A stretch of 32,000 bases of DNA from NCBI RefSeq assembly GCF_000019605.1, contig NC_010482.1, positions 480,001-512,000 of the forward strand. The letters run 5' to 3'. Below are positions 7,545-14,496 of the stretch, piece after piece. The notes under the pieces are model-generated. The model was given only the letters and a program-made list of their open reading frames with translations. It had not been told where the DNA came from and did no database searches. The stretch comes from Candidatus Korarchaeum cryptofilum OPF8. Its GTDB lineage: Archaea; Korarchaeota; Korarchaeia; Korarchaeales; Korarchaeaceae. The position numbers and the translations under genes are program-made. Numbering within the stretch: position 1 is the stretch's first letter; each line of letters opens with the position of its first letter.

Positions 7545-8286
7545 TGCCCTCTAATTCAATATATTCTGCAAATCTTAGTGGCGAAAACTTGAACTGTAAT
7601 TGATTTCCAGGGTGGTTCCAATCTGTTTTTGGGATAGTAATGTGCTTACCATCACCACCCTTTCTCTGAATCGTAATGAACTTACCGAGCCTTATGATGC
7701 CTTTTTTAGTAAAAGAAATATCTGCTGCATCTTCATTTAAGAATCTAATTACATCATCCATGCGAAATATGTAGATTCTTCTCTTTCTCTTGTCATTTAT
7801 AATAAACAACTTCAGTTTTTCTTCTCCTCTTCTGAAAATGTCCTCTATCACTTTAGGGAGATTACTAGCAAAGAAATCCTTTATTCTATCTCTATCTTTT
7901 TCTAATATAAATATAGCCCTAGAATTCTCGGAAACCCTTAATATAGACTCCTTCATTATTATAAACACATCTTCAGGCATTTCCACAAGATCTCTCCATA
8001 CTTCAAGTCGTCTTCTATCTAACTGATGAAAACTAGTCTTTTCACTCGACTTTAAACTTATACCGATCTCTTCTTGTTCGTTTATTTGTAAGAGGATGTC
8101 GGCTTTGGTGAGATCCTTACGCGCTCTTAGTTTTCCCGAGATAGTGAAGCCGAGTCTAATGAGGCACTCCTTCAAAGCATCATGAAATTCCTCATCATTA
8201 TTTATTCTGTTAATGATATCTTGTTCACTATCTAAGCCTATTCTGGCCTCTTTTTCACCCTTCCTTAAATGTTCGTGATTTGGCAT
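7516..8286 (-). CDS. Putative type II restriction endonuclease (PD-(D/E)xK-like; resembles the MspI/HinP1I fold)
   Basis: 256 aa, convergent with the methyltransferase, with 29 nt of 3' overlap. TKADILLQINEQEEIGISLKSSEK gives a D-x13-S-x-K pattern. The C-terminal GNQLQFKF recalls the MspI C-terminus (KMQFKG), which I am citing from memory. It shares the AT-rich codon usage of the methyltransferase. Confidence 0.5.
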   Translation of the reverse strand: MPNHEHLRKGEKEARIGLDSEQDIINRINNDEEFHDALKECLIRLGFTISGKLRARKDLTKADILLQINEQEEIGISLKSSEKTSFHQLDRRRLEVWRDLVEMPEDVFIIMKESILRVSENSRAIFILEKDRDRIKDFFASNLPKVIEDIFRRGEEKLKLFIINDKRKRRIYIFRMDDVIRFLNEDAADISFTKKGIIRLGKFITIQRKGGDGKHITIPKTDWNHPGNQLQFKFSPLRFAEYIELEGTIEFCIIDY

Positions 8287-8395
8287 TATGACACATCTCC
8301 ACTAAATGATGGTACAGTTATACTTAAAAACTTTTCAATAGCCTTCCGGATATCAAAAAATTCACTCAACGCATTAAAAGTAGGAAAATAGGACC

Positions 8396-8542
8396 TTATA
8401 TCAACTCATCGAGGAGCTTCCTCTCTAAATCCTCCTCTACCTCCATCTCTATCACGTCGAAGAACTGCAAGAAATCTGGCTTCCTCTTACGCAGTATTTT
8501 TACCCTACTCTCGAGCTCTATGAAGATCGCCTCATCACTCAC
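8396..8542 (-). CDS. Hypothetical 48-aa acidic/helical small protein (below the ORF-track cutoff)
   Basis: Hand translation gives GTG-SDEAIFIELESRVKILRKRKPDFLQFFDVIEMEVEEDLERKLLDELI-TAA. An in-frame TAG lies 10 codons upstream. I recognise no family. Confidence 0.2.
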   Translation of the reverse strand: MSDEAIFIELESRVKILRKRKPDFLQFFDVIEMEVEEDLERKLLDELI

Positions 8543-8768
8543 TTCTCCCCAACCTCTTGGGCAGCGCTAGCCTCTTCGGATTCCACTATTAGTTAGTAGT
8601 ATTAAAATCTTCACTACTTTCTCGGCTAGCTATCACGAGAGAACCTCCAAGTGTATCTATCGCGATAAGAGCGGTCTTAGGATAGCGATGCCATGAAAGC
8701 TTCACTTTACTTTGAAGACATGAACCTCAGCCCAAAAATTTTTATCATGTAAGGCCTCCTGCCTGATT

Positions 8769-9257
8769 GTGGAGGCCCTCACGATATCCGTGCTCGAAGA
8801 GGCCATGAAGCTTTTCTCAGAGAAGATAGCTAGGAAACTTGCTGAGGGTAAGAGGATCACTGATACTGAGGTGATAATACTCCTCCTAGATCAGATGAAC
8901 AAAAGGATGGATATCATGAATGAATCGCTGAACAAGAGGATAGATGATACTAACAGGAGGATAGATGATACCAATAAAAGGATAGATGAGCTCAGGGAAT
9001 CGATGAATGAGAGGATAGCTGAGATCCACAAGAGGATCGATGATACGAATGAGAGGATAAATGGACTCAGGGATGATATGAATAGGAGGATAGATGAGCT
9101 CAGGGGAGAAGTGAACAGAAAGGTAGATGAACTGAGGGGAGATATGAATAGGAGGATAGATGAGCTGAGGGAGGACCTGAGGCTCCTCCATCAGGAGGTA
9201 TCATCGATAAAATCGGACGTGATAAACTTATTGAAGGAGAAGATCGGGAGGAGTTAA
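8769..9257 (+). CDS. Repeat-built coiled-coil protein (heptad/hendecad units RIDELRxxMNR)
   Basis: 162 aa. Residues about 43-140 are successive units: MNKRMDIMNES LNKR IDDTNRR IDDTNKR IDELRES MNER IAEIHKR IDDTNER INGLRDD MNRR IDELRGE VNRK VDELRGD MNRR IDELRED. A TATA-like TTTTTATCA lies about 25 nt upstream of the GTG at 8769. An alternative ATG is at 8802. Confidence 0.65.
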   Translation: MEALTISVLEEAMKLFSEKIARKLAEGKRITDTEVIILLLDQMNKRMDIMNESLNKRIDDTNRRIDDTNKRIDELRESMNERIAEIHKRIDDTNERINGLRDDMNRRIDELRGEVNRKVDELRGDMNRRIDELREDLRLLHQEVSSIKSDVINLLKEKIGRS

Positions 9258-9373
9258 GGTCACAGTTAGAGGTTCTTGCTCAAGATAGCACTCTAATTGA
9301 TCGATTTTTGTCTTATACTAGGATTATTTCCCCCCTTCTCAATGAAAAGAGGATCGAAGGCATTGATCGGATT

Positions 9374-10147
9374 TCAAATTTTCTCCCTCCTCCTGTACTT
9401 AGCGACTCTGTTGGCTATTAGAGATGCTACTACTCCCGCGGGGACGCCTCCATCTATGTTGACTACAGCGAGCCCCAGTGGGCAGGACTGAAGCATCGAC
9501 ATGAGCGCGCTCAACCCCCTGCCCCCGAAACCGTAGCCACTTGAGGATGGGACTGCTATGACGGGGATATCAACTAGCCCCGCGACTAAGGACGCTAGAG
9601 CCCCTTCCCTCCCCGCTACCACTATAAGCACATCTACATCCTCTCTTATCATCTCCTTCAGCGGTTCGAAGAGCCTGTGAAGCCCCGCTATTCCAACATC
9701 ATAAGCCCTCAGGACCTCGCAGCCCATCTCCTCAGCTATAACTCCAGCTTCCTCAGCGATCCGGATGTCAGAAGTTCCAGCTGTCAGTATACCGACTTTA
9801 CCCCCCGTCCTCTCCACCCTGAACCCCTCCCTCTTCAGCACTACGATCCTCGCCCTCTCGTGCACTTCCACTATAGCCCCGGGCAAACTGATCTTCATGA
9901 GATCTTCGCTCGCCCTACTTATTATAGCCCTCCCCACTTCATCGAGCATCCTCTTAGCTATCTTTAGCACTTCATCTGTGCTCTTCCCCTCAGCCACTAT
10001 TATCTCCGGGACCCCCCTCCTGATCCCCCTCCCGAGGTCTATCCGAGCTAGGCCCTCGATCTCAGCTATCTCGAATAACTTGAGGAGCTTCTCAGCCTCA
10101 TCTACGGATATCTCTCCCCTAGCTAACTTCTCCAGTATCTCCCTCAA
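9374..10147 (-). CDS. larB: LarB, nickel-pincer nucleotide cofactor biosynthesis (PurE-like NaAD carboxylase/hydrolase)
   Basis: 257 aa. The N-terminal helical region ends in IDLGRGIRRGVPEIIVAEGKS, followed by a PurE-like GKVGILTAGTSDIRIAEEAGVIAEEMGCEV…DVGIAGLHRL and VIAVPSSSGYG. The start appears to be TTG at 10147. Confidence 0.85.
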   Translation of the reverse strand: MREILEKLARGEISVDEAEKLLKLFEIAEIEGLARIDLGRGIRRGVPEIIVAEGKSTDEVLKIAKRMLDEVGRAIISRASEDLMKISLPGAIVEVHERARIVVLKREGFRVERTGGKVGILTAGTSDIRIAEEAGVIAEEMGCEVLRAYDVGIAGLHRLFEPLKEMIREDVDVLIVVAGREGALASLVAGLVDIPVIAVPSSSGYGFGGRGLSALMSMLQSCPLGLAVVNIDGGVPAGVVASLIANRVAKYRRREKI

Positions 10148-10158
10148 ATCGACCCTCC

Positions 10159-10180
10159 TTTATATAAGTGGATTTATAAT
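10159..10180. promoter_or_regulatory. Two interleaved TATA boxes for divergent larB and larC (40-bp intergenic region)
   Basis: The sequence is cTTTATATAAGtggATTTATAAT. TTTATATAAG is centred about 25 nt upstream of the larC ATG (10188). ATTATAAAT on the minus strand is centred about 28 nt upstream of the larB TTG (10147). Each box therefore lies nearer the other gene's start. Confidence 0.5.
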
Positions 10181-10187
10181 TCTAGCG

Positions 10188-11363
10188 ATGATACTCATAG
10201 ACTGCAGCTCCGGGATAGCTGGCGATATGTTCCTAGCGGCTCTCTTGGATTTGGGAGCCGATGAAAAGAAGGTATTGAGGGCTATAGATGAGATAGGGGA
10301 GCTCTTGAGCAGGATAGAGGTCAGGATAGGGGAAGTAAAGAGGAGGGGGATGAGGGCCAAGAGAGTCGACTTCTACTCTGAGAGCTGGCCCTCGCTGAGC
10401 GGGGATGATCTCATAAATTACGTGGAGAGATGCGTTGAGAGGCTGGATATCAGCGATGAAGCGAGGAGCTACGCGATAAGGGTGGCTGAAACTTTAGTTG
10501 AGGCTGAGAGAAGGGTGCATGGGGAAGCTCACCTCCACGAGCTCGGTCAGCCAGATGCTATAGCTGAGATAGTTGGGGTTTCAGTGGCTCTAGATGACCT
10601 GAAGGCATTCAATACGACTGTTTACTCCACGCCCCTCGCGGTGGGCGGGGGCTTCGTGGAGACCTCCCACGGGAGGCTTCCAGTCCCCGCTCCAGCCACG
10701 CTGGAGATACTCAAGGGCTTCCCGATCTCAGGGGGACCGGTGAGGGAGGAGCTAGCCACACCTACCGGAGCTTCCCTACTCGTAAACATAGTCGACTCCG
10801 TTACTGAGCTCTATCCGATGATGAGGCCCTCCGGAGTCGGATACGGTGCTGGGAGCAAGGAGCTGGAGATACCAAACGTGCTCAGAATAGTCTCAGGCGA
10901 GCCCCTGGATTCGAGGAGGGAGGAAGTCCTCATAATAGAGACGAATGTCGACGATGTGCCCGGGGAGGTGCTGGGTTACGCTTTAGATAAGCTCATGAAG
11001 GAGGGGGCGAGGGATGCTTTCATAATCCCCATAATAGCTAAGAAGGGCAGGCCCGGTCAGGTACTGAAGGCCATAGCTGACAGGGGTAATGCGGAGCATC
11101 TGGCTAGGGTGATGATGGAGGAGACCGGAAGCCTGGGGGTTCGCGTATACGGATGCGAGAGGATCGTCCTGAATAGGGAGATAGTGCCCGTTAAAGTGTC
11201 CATAGATGGTCAAGAGTTCGAGGTCAGGGTGAAGGTAGCTGGCAGCTTGAGGGCGAAGCCTGAGTACGAGGACATTAGGGAGATAGCCGAGAGGACGGGG
11301 AAGCCCCTCAGGGTGGTGATGAGGTTGGTTGAGGACAGGTTGAGGGAACATGGGGGAGCTTGA
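10188..11363 (+). CDS. larC: LarC, nickel insertion protein (DUF111 family)
   Basis: MILIDCSSGIAGDMFLAALLDLGAD is the canonical LarC N-terminus, and HLHELGQPDAIAEIVG fits as well. The track ORF begins at 9765, but that extension is antisense to larB and has low-complexity S/L/I composition. Confidence 0.85.
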   Translation: MILIDCSSGIAGDMFLAALLDLGADEKKVLRAIDEIGELLSRIEVRIGEVKRRGMRAKRVDFYSESWPSLSGDDLINYVERCVERLDISDEARSYAIRVAETLVEAERRVHGEAHLHELGQPDAIAEIVGVSVALDDLKAFNTTVYSTPLAVGGGFVETSHGRLPVPAPATLEILKGFPISGGPVREELATPTGASLLVNIVDSVTELYPMMRPSGVGYGAGSKELEIPNVLRIVSGEPLDSRREEVLIIETNVDDVPGEVLGYALDKLMKEGARDAFIIPIIAKKGRPGQVLKAIADRGNAEHLARVMMEETGSLGVRVYGCERIVLNREIVPVKVSIDGQEFEVRVKVAGSLRAKPEYEDIREIAERTGKPLRVVMRLVEDRLREHGGA

Positions 11364-12132
11364 GGATCTAATAGTGGAGAAGGGGAAGGATGGAGTAATA
11401 ATAGCCCTCTCAGGGGGGCTAGATAGCTCGACTCTAGCTGCCTTATGCAAGAAACTGCTCGGAGACAAGGCGATAGCTGTGACAGTGGCTTCCGAGCTCC
11501 AGCCCGAGGAGGAGATAGAGGGAGCTAGGAGAGTGGCCGAGGAGATAGGGATAAGGCACATCTTGATAGAGGTGAGCTTGCTGAAGGAGGAAGTTGCCAG
11601 GAACGGGCCAGATAGATGTTATCACTGCAAGAAGGCTATGTTCAGGAGGATTAGAGAGCTGGCGGAGGAGCTGGGGGTTAGGGAGATATTCGATGGGACT
11701 AACGCATCAGACAGCTGGAGGCCCGGGATCGGGGCCCTGAGGGAGTTAGGGATAAGAAGTCCCTGGGCTGAATTAGGCTTCAGGAAGGAGGAGATAAGAG
11801 AGATAGCTAGGAATCTAGGATTATCGGTCAGTGAGAAGGCTCCACAATCCTGCTTAGCCACTAGGATACCTTTCGGGGAGAGGATAACAGAGGAGAGGCT
11901 CATGAGGATATGGAGGGCTGAGAAGTTGATCAGGGAGCTGACTGGAGTGAAGATCCTCAGGGTGAGGGATCACGGGGGCATAGCTAGGATAGAGGTAAGT
12001 AGGGATGAGCTGGCCTCCATTCTAGATCCTCCCAAAATAGATGCGATAGTTAGGGGATTGAAGGGGCTGGGATTCAGGTACGTGACGCTGGATCTTGAGG
12101 GATATAGGCCAGCGGATCCTCCTCCCCCATAA
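11350..12132 (+). CDS. larE: LarE, ATP-dependent sacrificial sulfur transferase (PP-loop ATPase)
   Basis: 260 aa. It carries the PP-loop IIALSGGLDSST, the motif CYHCK, and a C-terminal GFRYVTLDLEGYR. It overlaps the larC stop by 14 nt. Confidence 0.85.
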   Translation: MGELEDLIVEKGKDGVIIALSGGLDSSTLAALCKKLLGDKAIAVTVASELQPEEEIEGARRVAEEIGIRHILIEVSLLKEEVARNGPDRCYHCKKAMFRRIRELAEELGVREIFDGTNASDSWRPGIGALRELGIRSPWAELGFRKEEIREIARNLGLSVSEKAPQSCLATRIPFGERITEERLMRIWRAEKLIRELTGVKILRVRDHGGIARIEVSRDELASILDPPKIDAIVRGLKGLGFRYVTLDLEGYRPADPPPP

Positions 12133-12182
12133 AGTTCAGCGGTGATGAGCAGCTGCCTTATGGAAAAGTTTTTTGCGGGTCC

Positions 12183-13076
12183 ATGGTAGCTCAACTTATG
12201 AAGTGGCACTACCTCCTCATCCTAGCCCTGCTGCTCATAGCAGCTTACTTAATCATCCCGAAGGAGGGGAGAAGGGAAGTAGTAGTCGGGACGATACAGG
12301 GAGGGATAAGTACTCTCGATATAATGGAAGCTGACTGGATGAAGGTGGTCAGGTTCGATAAGCCCTTAGATCTATCTCAAGCCCTCTCCAGGGGCGAGGT
12401 GGATGTAGCTGTGATAACGGCTGAGATGTACGCTAAGTTCGCTGAGAAGGATAAGGATCTCAAGGTAATAGCTGCCGATATGCTCCAGAACCAAGCTATA
12501 ATAGGTATCGAGGATATCAGGGAGCTGAAGGGGAAGAGAGTGGGAGCTACGACAGCTAGCGGGACTTACGCTATGTTCCTAGCTTATCTGAACCTCTCTG
12601 GATTGAGCCAGAAGGATATAATAGTAGTTGATGCCCCTCCCCTTCAATTAGTTCAGGCTCTGGAGAGAAAAGACGTAGATGCCATCGTATGCTGGGAGCC
12701 GATAGCCTCCAAGCTCATAGCTAAGGGCTATAAGCACGTGGACTTCATAAAATTAGCTGAGAGGTACTTGGGGAGGAAGCCTGTTATGCTGGTCTGGGTA
12801 GCTAAAGCGAGCTTCCTGGGGAGGCCGGAAGCCAAGGAGTTCATAGAGATGAGGGAGAGAGCTGCATCGGAATGGGGGAAAAGGGCTCCTGAGGCCCTCA
12901 AGAAGTTGTACAATATGAGCGATGGGGAAATTAGTGTCCTGATGAGGAGGGTCGAGATAGTGAGGGGCCTCCCGAAGGAGGATATAATAGCGGCTTGGGA
13001 GCTGGCTTCAGCGGGCGGTTACATAAGCGAGGGATTGATAGAGGAGCTCAAGGGGAGGGCCTTCTGGGAGGGCTGA
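12183..13076 (+). CDS. ABC transporter substrate-binding protein, NMT1/SsuA/TauA-like, membrane-anchored
   Basis: 297 aa. It has an N-terminal anchor (KWHYLLILALLLIAAYLII), then LKGKRVGATTASGTYAMF and VDAIVCWEP, which are typical of the nitrate/sulfonate/taurine-type periplasmic-binding-protein fold. Confidence 0.7.
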   Translation: MVAQLMKWHYLLILALLLIAAYLIIPKEGRREVVVGTIQGGISTLDIMEADWMKVVRFDKPLDLSQALSRGEVDVAVITAEMYAKFAEKDKDLKVIAADMLQNQAIIGIEDIRELKGKRVGATTASGTYAMFLAYLNLSGLSQKDIIVVDAPPLQLVQALERKDVDAIVCWEPIASKLIAKGYKHVDFIKLAERYLGRKPVMLVWVAKASFLGRPEAKEFIEMRERAASEWGKRAPEALKKLYNMSDGEISVLMRRVEIVRGLPKEDIIAAWELASAGGYISEGLIEELKGRAFWEG

Positions 13077-13078
13077 AG

Positions 13079-13807
13079 TTGATCAAGATAGGGGCCCTCT
13101 CATCCTTCATCCTACTCTTATTGCTTTGGGAAGCTATATCCCTTCCCGGACTCCTCCCATCCCCTCTATCCACTTTAAGATACATAGCGAGCTTGGACCC
13201 TGATTTGATAGCCCTTCACACGGTAATAACTCTCTACAATAGTTTCGCCGGTTTCTCTCTTTCTATGCTCCTCTCCCTAGCCTTAGGATTCCTCTCTCAC
13301 AGGAATGAGTTCATCAGGGGCTTCTCGATGGGGATATGCTCGATATTCAATAGCACATCGGCCCTGATATGGTCCCTGGTCTTAGTATCTACGATAGGTA
13401 TACTCAGCCCCCTCCCCCCTATACTAGTGGCCTCAGCGGTCTCCCTACCGCAGCTACTCTCAGCAACAATAGCTGCCCTGGATTCAGTCGATAAGAACTT
13501 GATAGAGGCCGTGAGATCCCTAGGAGGGAGCTCGGCTAACGAGTACTTAGATGTGATAATACCGGGATCCCTCCCGATGATAATAGCTGCCTCCAGGGTG
13601 GCCCTCGGCCTCTCTCTCAGGATAAGCGTAGTGGCTGAGGCCTTCGGCTCCAGCGGTGGGATAGGCTATATGATAATGAGATCCTACAACTTAGCCGATG
13701 CTCCGGGAGTCCTGGCGTGGTCCCTCATATTAATAGCTTTGGTGCTCGCCCTGGACAGGCTCCTGCTCATGCCAGTTGAGGAGAGGTCGAGCTCATGGCT
13801 GAAGTGA
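13079..13807 (+). CDS. ABC transporter permease (NitT/TauT family)
   Basis: It is hydrophobic throughout and has the EAA-like loop LIEAVRSLGGSSANEYLDVIIPGSLP. The likely TTG start is 3 nt after the binding-protein stop. The track's start at 12995 lies inside the upstream gene. Confidence 0.7.
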   Translation: MIKIGALSSFILLLLLWEAISLPGLLPSPLSTLRYIASLDPDLIALHTVITLYNSFAGFSLSMLLSLALGFLSHRNEFIRGFSMGICSIFNSTSALIWSLVLVSTIGILSPLPPILVASAVSLPQLLSATIAALDSVDKNLIEAVRSLGGSSANEYLDVIIPGSLPMIIAASRVALGLSLRISVVAEAFGSSGGIGYMIMRSYNLADAPGVLAWSLILIALVLALDRLLLMPVEERSSSWLK

Positions 13808-14496
13808 TCTTGGAGGCTCTTGGAATAAGGAAGGGCTTCAGCGAACTAGTGCTAGCTGATATAAGTTTGAGGCTGGAGAGAGGGGAGATACTGGGGATAG
13901 TGGGCCCGAATTCATGCGGCAAAACTACCCTATTGAGGATATTGGCCGGATTGGAGGGCTACTATGAGGGGGAAGTCAGGAGGAATGGTAGCTTGAGCAT
14001 AGTGTTCCAGGAGGACAGGTTGCTGCCCTGGAAGACGCTCATGGAGAATATATGCCTCGGTCTGAAGTACGCTGGGAGGAGGGATATTGAGAAAGCGTTG
14101 AATTACGCTAGGAGGCTTGGGATAAGTGAGGAGGACCTCAGGAGCTTCCCTAGGAGGGTTAGCGGCGGGACTAGGAGGAAAGCTGCTATAGCTAGGGCCC
14201 TCGCCCTGGAGCCGGAGATAATACTGATGGACGAGCCATTCACAGGCCTAGATTTCAGCACTATGGTGACTCTGAGATCATCCCTAGCGGATCTTCTGAG
14301 GGAGAGGGGGATTTCAGCTATAATAGTGTCGCATCAACTCGAGGACTTGCTAACTGTAGTAGATAGATGCGTGGTAATGACGCCGAAGCCCTCTAAGATA
14401 GGGGCTGAGCTTAATATGAGGGGGATGGGGTTGGAGGAGAGGATAAATTTGCTCAAGGATGTGTTGATGAGGATGGTGAGCGATCATGGGCCTTAG
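13795..14496 (+). CDS. ABC transporter ATP-binding protein
   Basis: Walker A is GPNSCGKTT, the signature is VSGGTRRKAAIARAL, and Walker B is ILMDEPF. It overlaps the permease gene by 13 nt. Confidence 0.85.
   Translation: MAEVILEALGIRKGFSELVLADISLRLERGEILGIVGPNSCGKTTLLRILAGLEGYYEGEVRRNGSLSIVFQEDRLLPWKTLMENICLGLKYAGRRDIEKALNYARRLGISEEDLRSFPRRVSGGTRRKAAIARALALEPEIILMDEPFTGLDFSTMVTLRSSLADLLRERGISAIIVSHQLEDLLTVVDRCVVMTPKPSKIGAELNMRGMGLEERINLLKDVLMRMVSDHGP

Noticed and set aside
8543-8768. Possible tRNA fragment or att site (cttcggattcc resembles a T-loop) at the right edge of the AT-rich island
   Set aside because: There is no flanking T-stem complementarity and no matching direct repeat at the left island border (4938-5094). 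I could not fold a cloverleaf.
8886-9191. 101-aa antisense ORF with IYPPIHI repeats
   Set aside because: It is a mirror artefact of the repeated RIDELR codons on the plus strand. Periodicity on the sense strand gives a coherent coiled coil, and the antisense product is not protein-like.
9765-10187. The N-terminal 141 codons of the 532-aa track ORF that ends as LarC
   Set aside because: This part is antisense to larB, has low-complexity S/L/I/P composition, and precedes the canonical LarC N-terminus MILIDCSSGIAGDMF at 10188, which has its own TATA box.
10983-11561. 192-aa minus-strand ORF antisense to larC/larE. Similar long antisense ORFs occur at 14350-14922, 17436-17822, 11622-11903 and 15239-15654.
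   Set aside because: Each lies entirely inside a confidently assigned gene on the other strand. The translations are proline/serine/leucine-rich with no motifs. This is typical of open antisense frames produced by RNY-type codon bias.
12142-12148. C-box-like GTGATGA in the larE/ABC spacer, and another at 23390-23396 after the CPBP gene, as possible C/D-box sRNAs
   Set aside because: No CTGA D box, or C'/D' pair, lies at the required 45-70 nt spacing downstream, and there are no terminal complementary stems.
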